Shown here piece by piece: positions 35,750 through 44,801 of a DNA stretch of 59,561 bases. The notes below the pieces were generated by a model that made no database searches, was not told the DNA's origin, and saw nothing but the letters and a program-made list of their open reading frames with translations. The DNA is from an uncultured Gammaproteobacteria bacterium (lineage in GTDB: Bacteria > Patescibacteriota > Patescibacteriia > Patescibacteriales > UBA12465): contig CAYYPI010000004.1 in NCBI GenBank assembly GCA_964473565.1, positions 1 through 59,561 of the forward strand. Reading direction: 5' to 3'. Each line of letters starts with the position of its first letter. Position 1 is the stretch's first letter. Both the position numbers and the translations under genes were made by a program.

Positions 35750-35785
35750 AAAAGCCTATTTTAAAGAAATGGGCTTTTATTTTTC
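35750..35785 (+). terminator. Rho-independent terminator
   Basis: aaaagcctattt-taaag-aaatgggctttt 12-bp stem (one G-U pair) followed by ATTTTTC. Confidence 0.65.
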
Positions 35786-35819
35786 TTTACTTTTTAGCAC
35801 CTTTATTGTAATATGAGAT

Positions 35820-36173
35820 ATAAGGTAGACGGATAATTGCTCTAGCTTTTAGCTTAGAGAGGAAAGTCCGGACTCCGAATTGCTTTATGCAAAGAAAGTG
35901 GTAGTGGGTAACACCCACCAAGAGTAATCTTAGGGAAAGTGCCGCAGAGACTATACTAACCCCTTCGGGGTGAAAGGTGAAAAGTAAACTGGTGTCTATA
36001 AAAAGCAGGCTACAGTTTTCGCTTCTTGGCAACAAGAAGTTGTGGTAAACCCTACCTGGAGCAAGAGTAAACTCAGCTTTGCTGAGAACAAGTGACTCGC
36101 CTAAGCCTTCTAGTAATAGCTGGCTCAGATAGATAATTATCGATTACAGAATCCGGCTTATAGTCTACCTTAT
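35820..36173 (+). ncRNA. rnpB: RNase P RNA, bacterial type A
   Basis: GAGAGGAAAGTCCGGACTCC (CR-I/P4 5' strand) at about 35867 and ACAGAATCCGGCTTAT (P4 3' strand) at about 36146. P1 pairs ataaggtagac (35820-35830) with gtctaccttat (36163-36173). GGTAACACCCACC and GGGAAAGTGCCGCAGA elements are also present. Confidence 0.9.
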
Positions 36174-36197
36174 TTTATAAACTCAATAATTTTTAAT

Positions 36198-37613
36198 ATG
36201 AAAAGATCTGATTTGACTTTTTCTTTTTTACTTATTCCCATTGATTACTTAATGGTTCTTTTGGCTGGTATTAGTGCTTATTATTTACGTTTTGCTGACT
36301 TTGCTACTGACATTAGACCCATTATGTTTGCTTTGCCTTTTAATGAATATTTATCAATTATTTTAGTAATAGCAATCCTTTGGATAATAGTTTTTGCTTT
36401 TACAGGCATGTACTCAATTGGTGGTTCTAAGCGTTTATCTCATGAATTGCATAAAGTCTTTTTAGGTTGTTCCATGGGTTTAGTCCTTATCGTTATCTTA
36501 ATATTCTTTCAACGTGATTTATTTAGTTCAAGGTTTATTGTTTTAGTAGGTTGGATATTATCTATTGTCTATGTGGCATTAGGCAGGCTTTTTATTCGTT
36601 GGTTGCAAAGAAGATTATTTAAGACTGGCTATGGAGTGAAGAAGGTTATAGTTGTTGGAGGTTTTAAAATAGCTGATAATTTAATTCATGAGTTTGAAAG
36701 TAAAAAGAATTCTGGATATAAAGTAGTTAAAAGAATCAGAGAAATAAATGCTGATACTTGGGAGAAACTATACTTATTTATACAAGAAAATGAAGTAGAT
36801 GAAATCATACAAGCTGACTCTAATTTAAATAAGGTTGAAGTGTTGAAGTTATATGACCTAGCTAGTGAAAATCATATTACCTTTAAATATGCTGCTGACC
36901 TTTTAGGCATCAAAGTTTTAAAGACTGAAGTTACTGAGATTGCTGGTATACCAGTTGCGGAGGTAAAGAGAACAACCTTAGATGGTTGGGGTAGGATTAT
37001 TAAAAGAATTTTTGATTTAATAGTATCTACAATTTTAATTATATTACTTTCACCAATACTTATCCTTACTGCTATTTTCATTAAGCTTGACTCTAAAGGT
37101 CCAGTCTTTTTTTCTAGAAAAGATGATGGCACTCACTTATCTAGAGTAGGTGAAGGTGGAAAACCCTTTAATTATTTTAAGTTTAGATCAATGATTCCAT
37201 ATAGTGATAGTATGCGCTATAATGAATTAGCTCAAAAAAATATTAGAAATGATGGTCCTATGGTAAAGATTAAAGATGATCCCAGAGTTACTAAAGTAGG
37301 ACGCTTTATCAGACGTTGGTCTATTGATGAATTACCAGAATTGTTTTTAGTATTTATTGGTAAAATGAGTTTAGTTGGTCCTAGACCGCATTTACCGGAG
37401 GAGGTAGCTAAATATGAAAATCATCATAAAAAGAGTTTAACTATTAAGCCAGGAATTACAGGCTTAGCCCAAATTTCAGGTCGTAGTGACTTATTATTTG
37501 AAGAGGAAGTAAAGCTTGATGTTTATTATATTGAAAACTGGAATTTACTTTTAGATTTATCCATACTTTTAAAAACACCATGGGCGGTGATAAGGTCACG
37601 TGATGCACAATAA
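36198..37613 (+). CDS. Polyprenyl-phosphate sugar phosphotransferase (WbaP/EpsL-type priming transferase)
   Basis: N-terminal TM helices and a C-terminal bacterial sugar transferase domain: DELPELFLVFIGKMSLVGPRP and KPGITGLAQISGR. Confidence 0.9.
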   Translation: MKRSDLTFSFLLIPIDYLMVLLAGISAYYLRFADFATDIRPIMFALPFNEYLSIILVIAILWIIVFAFTGMYSIGGSKRLSHELHKVFLGCSMGLVLIVILIFFQRDLFSSRFIVLVGWILSIVYVALGRLFIRWLQRRLFKTGYGVKKVIVVGGFKIADNLIHEFESKKNSGYKVVKRIREINADTWEKLYLFIQENEVDEIIQADSNLNKVEVLKLYDLASENHITFKYAADLLGIKVLKTEVTEIAGIPVAEVKRTTLDGWGRIIKRIFDLIVSTILIILLSPILILTAIFIKLDSKGPVFFSRKDDGTHLSRVGEGGKPFNYFKFRSMIPYSDSMRYNELAQKNIRNDGPMVKIKDDPRVTKVGRFIRRWSIDELPELFLVFIGKMSLVGPRPHLPEEVAKYENHHKKSLTIKPGITGLAQISGRSDLLFEEEVKLDVYYIENWNLLLDLSILLKTPWAVIRSRDAQ

Positions 37614-37614
37614 T

Positions 37615-38715
37615 ATGAAAACAGCTTTAGTACACGATCATTTAGCACAGGATGGAGGTGCGGAAAAAGTTCTGCAAACTTTCTTGGAAATGTATGAACA
37701 TGCCCCTATCTTTACTTTGCTTTATGACAAGAAAAATGCCATAAAATATTATAGTAAACATGAAATTCAAGCTTCAATTATACAGAAGCTTCCTGGTGGT
37801 GTTAGTCACTATAAATGGTATTTACCTTTAATGCCACTGGCAGTAGAGTTTTTTGACTTAAGACCATATAACTTAGTTCTTTCAGATACCAGCTCCTTTG
37901 CTAAGGGTGTTATAACTGCACCTGATAGTACTCATATTTGTTATTGCCATACACCTACACGTTATCTTTGGAGTGATACGCACCAATATATTAATGAGTT
38001 GAAATATAATAAATGGTTAAAAAAGATTATTTCACTAATACTGACCAGATTAAGAGTTTGGGATAAAAGCGCTGCTGATAGAGTTGATTATTTTATAGCT
38101 AATTCCAAAACTGTACAAAAAAGGATTAAAAAGTATTACAGAAGAAATAGTGAAGTTATATATCCGCCGGTAGAGACAAATAAGTTCTACATTTCTAAAG
38201 ATCTTGATAATTATTTTTTAATAGGTTGTAGACTAGCACCTTATAAAAGGGTTGATTTAGTAATTGAAAGTTTTATAAACCTAGGCGCTGACTATAAGCT
38301 AAAAATATTTGGCTCAGGTGTTGATGAGAAAAGACTTAAGAAAATAGCAAAAGGACATGACAATATTGAATTTTTAGGTAGAGTTAGTGAACAAGAAAAG
38401 ATTAAATTATATAGCAAAGCTTTAGCTTTCATTAACCCCCAAGAAGAAGATTTTGGTATTACACCAGTAGAATCTATGGCTAGCGGCAGACCTGTTATTG
38501 CCTATAGAAAAGGTGGTGCTACTGAGACAATTGTGGAGGGTAAAACGGGCATTTTCTTTAATAAACAGACTGTCAGCTCTTTGTCTGAAGCAATAAAATC
38601 ATATAGTGAACATGATTTTAATCCAGAGGAGATAAGAGGGCATGCTTTGTTTTTTTCAAAGGATCGTTTTAAAAGAGAAATAAATGATTTTATTGCCCAA
38701 CATCTAAATAAATAA
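37615..38715 (+). CDS. Glycosyltransferase family 4
   Basis: MKTALVHDHL.., EEDFGITPVESMASGRPVIAYRKGGATE. The ORF track opens at GTG 37600; ATG 37615 follows the upstream stop codon. Confidence 0.85.
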   Translation: MKTALVHDHLAQDGGAEKVLQTFLEMYEHAPIFTLLYDKKNAIKYYSKHEIQASIIQKLPGGVSHYKWYLPLMPLAVEFFDLRPYNLVLSDTSSFAKGVITAPDSTHICYCHTPTRYLWSDTHQYINELKYNKWLKKIISLILTRLRVWDKSAADRVDYFIANSKTVQKRIKKYYRRNSEVIYPPVETNKFYISKDLDNYFLIGCRLAPYKRVDLVIESFINLGADYKLKIFGSGVDEKRLKKIAKGHDNIEFLGRVSEQEKIKLYSKALAFINPQEEDFGITPVESMASGRPVIAYRKGGATETIVEGKTGIFFNKQTVSSLSEAIKSYSEHDFNPEEIRGHALFFSKDRFKREINDFIAQHLNK

Positions 38716-38720
38716 TTTAT

Positions 38721-39905
38721 ATGAATATAGGTATTGATGTTAGAACCTTAATGGATAAATACTACAGTGGTGTTTCTACTTATTCATTAAATTTAATACA
38801 AGAGCTTTTAAAAATAGATAAAGATAATAATTACTTCTTATATTACAACAGTGCTAAAAAGATTAACTTACCCAAGCTAGAAGGTAACTACAAACTTGTA
38901 GCTACAAAATATCCAAATAAAATCTTTAATTATATTTTGCAAAAAAACCTTTCCTGGCCTAAATTGGACAAAGTTTTAGGTGGAGTTGATGTATTTCTAG
39001 CACCACATTATAATTTTTTATCGCTTAGTAATGATACCAAAAAAATACTCACTATTCATGATTTAAGCTTTTTAAGATATCCTGAATTTTTTAGCAGTAG
39101 AAAGAATTTTTGGCATCAAGCTATAAACATAAAAAAATTAGCTAATAGCATGGACATGATTGTGACTGTGTCAGAAAATACTAAACAGGATGTTTTAGAA
39201 TTATTAAATATAAAAGAAGAAAAGGTTAAGGTTATATATTCAGGCTTAGAGAATAGTTTCCATGATTTGCTAAGTAATTTAGAGAATGATAGTTTAAACA
39301 CTGAAATAGATCAAGGAAAACTTAGAAGTGTAAAGGAAAAATATGATTTGCCTGATAAATATATTTTAAGTCTTTCCAATTTAGAACCAAGAAAGAATTT
39401 AGAAACTTTAATATCTGCCTATAATAAAATAAGGGATGAAAATCATGATTTTAAAGATATAAAATTAGTAATTTGCGGCGTTAAGGGTTGGAAGTATAAG
39501 AATATATTTAAAAGCATTAAAAAAAGTAAGTATAGTGAGGATATAATATACACTTCTTATATTGATAATATTGATAAACCCTATATATACAGGCAAGCTA
39601 AAGTTTTTGTTTACCCTAGTTTCTATGAAGGATTTGGTTTTCCACCACTTGAAGCTATGGCCAGCGCTGTGCCAGTAGTAGCTAGTTTCAGTTCTAGTTT
39701 ACCTGAACTTATTGATAAAGCGGGGATATTAGTTGACCCTAAAAGTAGTGATGAGTTAGCTTTTGCAATATCAAGGCTTTTAACAGATAAGAAATTAAGA
39801 GACTATTATGTAGACAAAGGTTTCAAAAGAGCTAAAGAATTTTCTTGGCAAAAGACAGCCCAGAATTATATAGAATTATTTAATACTTTGAAATATGGCA
39901 AATAA
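38721..39905 (+). CDS. Glycosyltransferase family 4
   Basis: YPSFYEGFGFPPLEAMASAVPVVASFSSSLPE. Confidence 0.85.
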   Translation: MNIGIDVRTLMDKYYSGVSTYSLNLIQELLKIDKDNNYFLYYNSAKKINLPKLEGNYKLVATKYPNKIFNYILQKNLSWPKLDKVLGGVDVFLAPHYNFLSLSNDTKKILTIHDLSFLRYPEFFSSRKNFWHQAINIKKLANSMDMIVTVSENTKQDVLELLNIKEEKVKVIYSGLENSFHDLLSNLENDSLNTEIDQGKLRSVKEKYDLPDKYILSLSNLEPRKNLETLISAYNKIRDENHDFKDIKLVICGVKGWKYKNIFKSIKKSKYSEDIIYTSYIDNIDKPYIYRQAKVFVYPSFYEGFGFPPLEAMASAVPVVASFSSSLPELIDKAGILVDPKSSDELAFAISRLLTDKKLRDYYVDKGFKRAKEFSWQKTAQNYIELFNTLKYGK

Positions 39906-40992
39906 AAAGGTAGCGGTAGCGGTTTCAGGAGGGGTGGATTCTTCTGTAAGTGCCAAACTTCTAAAAGATCAAGGCTATGATGTTATTGGTATTCACATGC
40001 ATCTTGGCTTTGAAAATGAGGCCGCTGAAAAAGCAGCTAAAGATATTTGTGATTTTTTAGATATTGATTTTGTAATTGAAGATATTAGTGAAAGCTTCAA
40101 AAAGGAGGTAATTGATTATTTTGTTGATAGCTACCAAAAGGGCTTAACACCTAACCCTTGTGTTCAGTGTAATAAAGCTATTAAGTTTGGAGTACTTTTA
40201 GAAGCAGCTAAAAAGCATGGTGCTGATCTTTTAGCTACAGGACATTATTTGCAAAAGAGGTATAGTAAATATGCTTTAGTTCATAACTTGTATAAATTTT
40301 TAGTTCAGTATTGCAATCTAAAAAAAGAACATAAACTTTTTGTTTCTAAAGATAGTTTAAAAGATCAAACCTATTTCCTCTACAATTTAAATCAAGAGAT
40401 ATTAGATAAAATCATATTTCCGGTAGGTAATTTTAAGAAAGCAAAGATAAAGAAAATAGCTAAAAAAGCTAATTTACCTACTTTAAAACAGGAAAGTCAA
40501 GACATTTGTTTTCTATCAGGTGATCATAATATCTTTTTAAAAGAACACTTAAAGGATAATCCTGGTCCTATAAAGAAATTAACTGGTGAAGAAATTGGTC
40601 AACATAATGGTTTATACTTTTACACTATTGGTCAAAGAAGGGGTATTGATATTGGAGGTAGTGGACCATATTATGTGGCTAAATTAGATTATGATAATAA
40701 TACTTTATATGTAGTTAATGAGTGGAACCATGAAATTTTATACAAGAAAGAACTGATAGCTAAAGAGGTCAACTTCTTAAAAGACAGTGCACCTAGTTTA
40801 CCTTATAACTGTCAGGCTGTAATTAGATATGGTCATGCTCCTGTTGAATGCAAAATATTTAAATATGATAAAGATGAGAATTTTAAGGTTGTTTTTAAAG
40901 AGAAGCAAAGAGCTGTAACTATTGGTCAAAGTATTGTTTTCTATCAAGGCAGGGAACTTATTGGTGGAGGAGTTATAGATTTAGAAGAATAA
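39895..40992 (+). CDS. mnmA: tRNA-specific 2-thiouridylase
   Basis: VAVAVSGGVDSSV PP-loop, TPNPCVQCN, and LATGHY. Confidence 0.9.
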   Translation: MANKKVAVAVSGGVDSSVSAKLLKDQGYDVIGIHMHLGFENEAAEKAAKDICDFLDIDFVIEDISESFKKEVIDYFVDSYQKGLTPNPCVQCNKAIKFGVLLEAAKKHGADLLATGHYLQKRYSKYALVHNLYKFLVQYCNLKKEHKLFVSKDSLKDQTYFLYNLNQEILDKIIFPVGNFKKAKIKKIAKKANLPTLKQESQDICFLSGDHNIFLKEHLKDNPGPIKKLTGEEIGQHNGLYFYTIGQRRGIDIGGSGPYYVAKLDYDNNTLYVVNEWNHEILYKKELIAKEVNFLKDSAPSLPYNCQAVIRYGHAPVECKIFKYDKDENFKVVFKEKQRAVTIGQSIVFYQGRELIGGGVIDLEE

Positions 40993-41007
40993 GATAAAGA
41001 TATTTTA

Positions 41008-41034
41008 AAACAGGCTATACTTAGCCTGTTTTTA
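41008..41034. terminator. Bidirectional terminator shared by mnmA and tRNA-Leu
   Basis: acaggcta-tact-tagcctgt stem with an A-run before it and a T-run after it. Confidence 0.65.
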
Positions 41035-41037
41035 TAT

Positions 41038-41121
41038 TGGTGCCGATGGTGGGACTTGAACCCACAAGCCAGAGGCACGCGATTTTGAGTCGCGCGTGTT
41101 TACCAGTTTCACCACATCGGC
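41038..41121 (-). tRNA. tRNA-Leu (anticodon CAA), class II, CCA encoded
   Basis: The reverse complement is GCCGATG TG GTG-AAACTGGTAAA-CAC G CGCGA-CTCAAAA-TCGCG T-GCC-TCT-GGC-TT GTGGG-TTCAAGT-CCCAC CATCGGC A CCA. It folds into a full cloverleaf with a long variable arm. Confidence 0.92.
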
Positions 41122-41238
41122 TATTTATCTTTAAATATTTACTTTATATTGAGCTACTTATAGAGGATACTATAGTGTATTTGTGATAAATTGTCAAAGT
41201 AACTAGAATACGTTATAATATAGATAAGATAAAAAAAT

Positions 41239-41997
41239 ATGGCTCAAGTAATCTCAGTTGTAAATCAAAAAGGTGGAGTAGGGAAGACTACTACCGCTGT
41301 TAATTTAGGTGCCTATCTTACACATTTAGGTAAGAAGGTTCTTTTAATTGATATTGATCCGCAAGCTAATGCTACTTCAGGGTTAGGCGTTGATCACAAA
41401 GCTCTAGAGCATGGTATTTATGAATCAATTATTGGTCATAAACCTATTTTTGATGTTATTACTCGTACCGTGCAAAACAATTACAGTTTAGCACCAGCCA
41501 CATTATCATTAGCCGGAGCGGGTGTAGAGTTAGTTAATTTAGAGGAAAGAGAATATCGTTTAAAGAGAATTATTGATTCAGTGAGAGAGGAGTATGATTA
41601 CATTATTATTGATGGACCACCGTCCTTGGGACTTTTAACAGTAAATGGGCTTACAGCTTCTGATAGTGTTATCATACCTATTCAAAGTGAATACTATGCC
41701 TTAGAGGGTTTAAGTCAATTACTAGAGACGATTTCATTAGTGCAAAATCATTTAAATCCTGATTTAGGAATAATGGGGGCTTTGATAACTATGTATGATA
41801 AAAGGAATAAGTTGTCAGGACAGATTATGGAAGAGTTATACAGATATTTTCCTAATAGAATCTTTAGGTCAGTTATACCTAGAAGTGTTAGATTAGCAGA
41901 AGCTCCAAGTTATGGAAGATCAATTTTACATTATGACCCTAAGTCTCGTGGTGGGAAAGCGTATGAAAACTTAGCTAGGGAGATTATAAGTTTTTAA
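41239..41997 (+). CDS. parA: Chromosome partitioning ATPase ParA/Soj
   Basis: Deviant Walker A NQKGGVGKTTT, and IIIDGPPSLG. Confidence 0.9.
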   Translation: MAQVISVVNQKGGVGKTTTAVNLGAYLTHLGKKVLLIDIDPQANATSGLGVDHKALEHGIYESIIGHKPIFDVITRTVQNNYSLAPATLSLAGAGVELVNLEEREYRLKRIIDSVREEYDYIIIDGPPSLGLLTVNGLTASDSVIIPIQSEYYALEGLSQLLETISLVQNHLNPDLGIMGALITMYDKRNKLSGQIMEELYRYFPNRIFRSVIPRSVRLAEAPSYGRSILHYDPKSRGGKAYENLAREIISF

Positions 41998-42019
41998 TAA
42001 TAAATAATTATATAAATAT

Positions 42020-42874
42020 ATGGCACAAGGAGGTTTAGGTAGAGGTTTAAACTCTTTAATACAATCAAATAAACCAAACACTGAAAAAGAATTTGACCTT
42101 GATTTAGCTGATGATAAGGATAGAGTTTTGCATGTAAAACCTGAGATGATTGTGGCTAATGCAGATCAGCCTAGACAAGATTTTGATAATGATAATTTAA
42201 AGGAATTAGTTTTATCTATTAAGGAGCATGGTGTTTTACAACCTTTAATTGCAATTGCTAAAGATGATAAATATGAGCTTATTGCTGGGGAGAGAAGACT
42301 TAGAGCTTCTAGACTAGCAGGGCTAAAAACAGTCCCTTTAATTGTTAGAGGTGTTGATAAACAAGAAAAGTTAGAGTTAGCTTTAATTGAAAACCTACAA
42401 CGCCAAGATTTGTCACCACTTGAAACTGCCATTGCCTATAAAAAATTAATGGAAGAGTTTAAACTTACCCAAGAACAGGTTGCTCAAAAGGTTGGTAAAT
42501 CAAGGCCAAGTATAACTAACACTTTAAGGCTTTTGAATTTACCTCAAGAAATTAAACAAGCACTGCTTGATAGGAAAATCACTGAAGCTCACGCAAAGTT
42601 AATTCTTAGTTTAAAAGATGAAAAAGAACAATTAAACTTATTCAAAAAGATTACCCAGCAAAATCTGAATGTTGCTGATAGCACTAAGATGAGTAAAACC
42701 TATAGTGGAGCTAATAAGACAACCAGGAAGAATTATAAAGATGAGGCTAGAGAGTTAAAACTCCAAAACTTTTTCAATGCTAGGGTGCAAATTAGAAGAA
42801 AGAAACAAGGAGGAGAAATAATAGTTGAGTTTTATGATGATAGTGATTTAGAAGAGATATTGAAGAAAATATAA
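42020..42874 (+). CDS. parB: Chromosome partitioning protein ParB/Spo0J
   Basis: ParB box LIAGERRLRASRLAGL, and the HTH segment TQEQVAQKVGKSRPSITNTLRLL. Confidence 0.9.
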   Translation: MAQGGLGRGLNSLIQSNKPNTEKEFDLDLADDKDRVLHVKPEMIVANADQPRQDFDNDNLKELVLSIKEHGVLQPLIAIAKDDKYELIAGERRLRASRLAGLKTVPLIVRGVDKQEKLELALIENLQRQDLSPLETAIAYKKLMEEFKLTQEQVAQKVGKSRPSITNTLRLLNLPQEIKQALLDRKITEAHAKLILSLKDEKEQLNLFKKITQQNLNVADSTKMSKTYSGANKTTRKNYKDEARELKLQNFFNARVQIRRKKQGGEIIVEFYDDSDLEEILKKI

Positions 42875-42983
42875 TTAAAATATAATTATTTATTTTATAT
42901 ATTAATAAGTATTTACTTTTTTTAAAAAAAGTAATAATAATTGTTTAAATATAGTTTTTTAAAATAGAACAAAAACCGATGCT

Positions 42984-43184
42984 ATGGAAGAAAAAAGTGG
43001 CTTTAGTCTAAAAACCTACTGTGCATTATTTATTTTAGGATTAATAATCATGGTTATTGATGTGCATTTAATTGAAAGTGGCATTTTAAGTATTGTGGGC
43101 TTTGTGATGATATTAATATCAATTATGCCCAGAGATGAGCTAAAAGAAAGCTGGAGAAATGATTTTATCTTGAAAAAAGATTAA
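42984..43184 (+). CDS. Small two-helix membrane protein
   Basis: 66 aa, hydrophobic, followed by a strong terminator. Confidence 0.5.
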   Translation: MEEKSGFSLKTYCALFILGLIIMVIDVHLIESGILSIVGFVMILISIMPRDELKESWRNDFILKKD

Positions 43185-43190
43185 AAAAAG

Positions 43191-43218
43191 AAAAACACTG
43201 TAATTACAGTGTTTTTTT
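43191..43218 (+). terminator. Rho-independent terminator
   Basis: Perfect palindrome cactgtaattacagtg followed by TTTTTTT. Confidence 0.75.
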
Positions 43219-43330
43219 AATATCTAAAATTACTTTGAAAATCTTATTTATCATTGACATTTGTATAATTATTATGGTAATTTAATTTATAGTCTTTTAA
43301 AACTTAATATTAACCATAAATTATTTAGTA

Positions 43331-44623
43331 ATGGAAAAAAAGAAAGAGTTGTATCGAGGTAAAACAAAAGCAATTTATGCTACTGATGATGAGAATTTAG
43401 TGGTCTTGGAAAATTTTGATGACATTACGAAATTTGACAATCCGGATTTAACAAAGAAATTAAGTGGAAAAGCAAAACAGGCAACAAAAACAACCTGTAA
43501 TGTATTTTCATTACTTAAAGAAGCTAAAATACCGGTGGCCTTTGAAAAACAGTTGTCAGAAACTGAGTTTTTAGCACCAAAGTGCAAAATGATACCACTT
43601 GAAGTTATTGCTCGGCGTTACGCGGTAGGTAGTTACCTAAAAAGATTTCCTCATTTAAAAAAAGAGGAAGCACAATCACCGCACCGTTTTCACAGTTTAA
43701 AATTTGAGCTTTTTTTGAAAACCACAAATGGAATTATTAAATCATTTAAAGATGAAGAACTGGGAAAGGTTTCAGTTGATGATCCGCTGACAAAAGATGA
43801 TGATAACTCCTGGAAACTGATGCACCCCAAAAAGCCGGAATGGGAAGAAGGGGCAGATTTGGATATTGAAATTCATCAAGATGACATTTTATCTACAGGT
43901 GTCACTGTTGATACCATTTTTGACATTACTTTGAAAACATTTTTGGTACTTGAAAGTGCCTGGTCACAGCAAGGTTGTCGTTTGATTGATTTCAAAATTG
44001 AATTTGGTATTAATACCGATGGTAAATTAATGGTCGCTGATGTGATTGACAATGACAGCTGGCGCTTACGTACCTCCAATTGGGAAGAGCTTTCCAAGGA
44101 GAACTTTCGGCAAAACATGAAACTTGATGATGTCAGCAGTAAATATGATCTGGTGGCAAAGTTAAGTGAAAAATTTCATTTACCAAAACAGGCTATTGTT
44201 TTCTGGCGAGGATCAGAAAGCGATCCTTTACCGCTTGGAATGATTAAAGAGCATGAGTCACTTGTGCACTTTAAAGATATCGGTATTTCCGGTCACAAAT
44301 CACCTAAAAAAGCAATTGAAAAGCTGGAAAAAATTATGGCCGCTTATCCTGAGGGGGGTGTAATTATCCCAATTGTTGGTATGAGTAATGGACTTGGACC
44401 GATGTTAGCAGCCAGAACGAGTTGGCCAGTAATAGCTGTTCCAGCTACAGCCAAAGAAGTACCTGAAGATGTTTGGAGTAGTTTGCGACTACCCAGCAAG
44501 GTACCAATGATGACTGTTTTGTCTGCAAGCAACGCCACACTTGCTGCATTCAATATTTTGGCACTGAAAAATCCGGCAATTTACGCTGAAATGCAGAAAA
44601 GAATTGAAAAACTGGATAAATAA
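43331..44623 (+). CDS. Bifunctional SAICAR synthetase / AIR carboxylase (PurC-PurE fusion, PAICS-like)
   Basis: N-terminal half: LYRGKTKAIYAT, IPLEVIARRYAVGSYLKR, FKIEFG..ADVIDNDSWRL. C-terminal half: GSESD, SGHKSP, GMSNGLGPMLAARTSWPVIAVP, DVWSSLRLPS. Confidence 0.88.
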   Translation: MEKKKELYRGKTKAIYATDDENLVVLENFDDITKFDNPDLTKKLSGKAKQATKTTCNVFSLLKEAKIPVAFEKQLSETEFLAPKCKMIPLEVIARRYAVGSYLKRFPHLKKEEAQSPHRFHSLKFELFLKTTNGIIKSFKDEELGKVSVDDPLTKDDDNSWKLMHPKKPEWEEGADLDIEIHQDDILSTGVTVDTIFDITLKTFLVLESAWSQQGCRLIDFKIEFGINTDGKLMVADVIDNDSWRLRTSNWEELSKENFRQNMKLDDVSSKYDLVAKLSEKFHLPKQAIVFWRGSESDPLPLGMIKEHESLVHFKDIGISGHKSPKKAIEKLEKIMAAYPEGGVIIPIVGMSNGLGPMLAARTSWPVIAVPATAKEVPEDVWSSLRLPSKVPMMTVLSASNATLAAFNILALKNPAIYAEMQKRIEKLDK

Positions 44624-44642
44624 TTATTACATTATTTATTAC

Positions 44643-44673
44643 AACCTCTTGATTTATTCAGGAGGTTTTTTTA
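44643..44673 (+). terminator. Rho-independent terminator
   Basis: aacctcttg ... caggaggtt stem followed by TTTTTTT. Confidence 0.7.
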
Positions 44674-44801
44674 TGAAGAAATAATAAATAAGGTTAACTT
44701 TTGTATTTGATTAAAAGTACACTTGTTTTTTTAAAAATATTATATTAATATACTATATTAAGTTCTTTAAATTTAAATATGTTTAACTAAAAAAAGTAGT
44801 C

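Noticed and set aside
35787-36035. 82-aa minus-strand ORF in the ORF track.
   Set aside because: It lies entirely inside the plus-strand RNase P RNA gene, across the conserved GGAAAGTCCGG core and P1 pairing. It is an ORF shadow, not a gene.
37596-37603. TCACGTGA palindrome, considered as a parS site because parAB is nearby.
   Set aside because: Only about 10 of 16 positions match the tGTTTCACGTGAAACa consensus. It lies inside the coding 3' end of the priming transferase. I found no convincing parS in the window.
43185-43330. Looked for purine or other riboswitches upstream of the purC-purE fusion. Also looked upstream of purA (9396-9473) and the pyrF fusion (44674-44801).
   Set aside because: The leaders are short and AT-rich, with no conserved riboswitch cores and no terminator/antiterminator alternatives.
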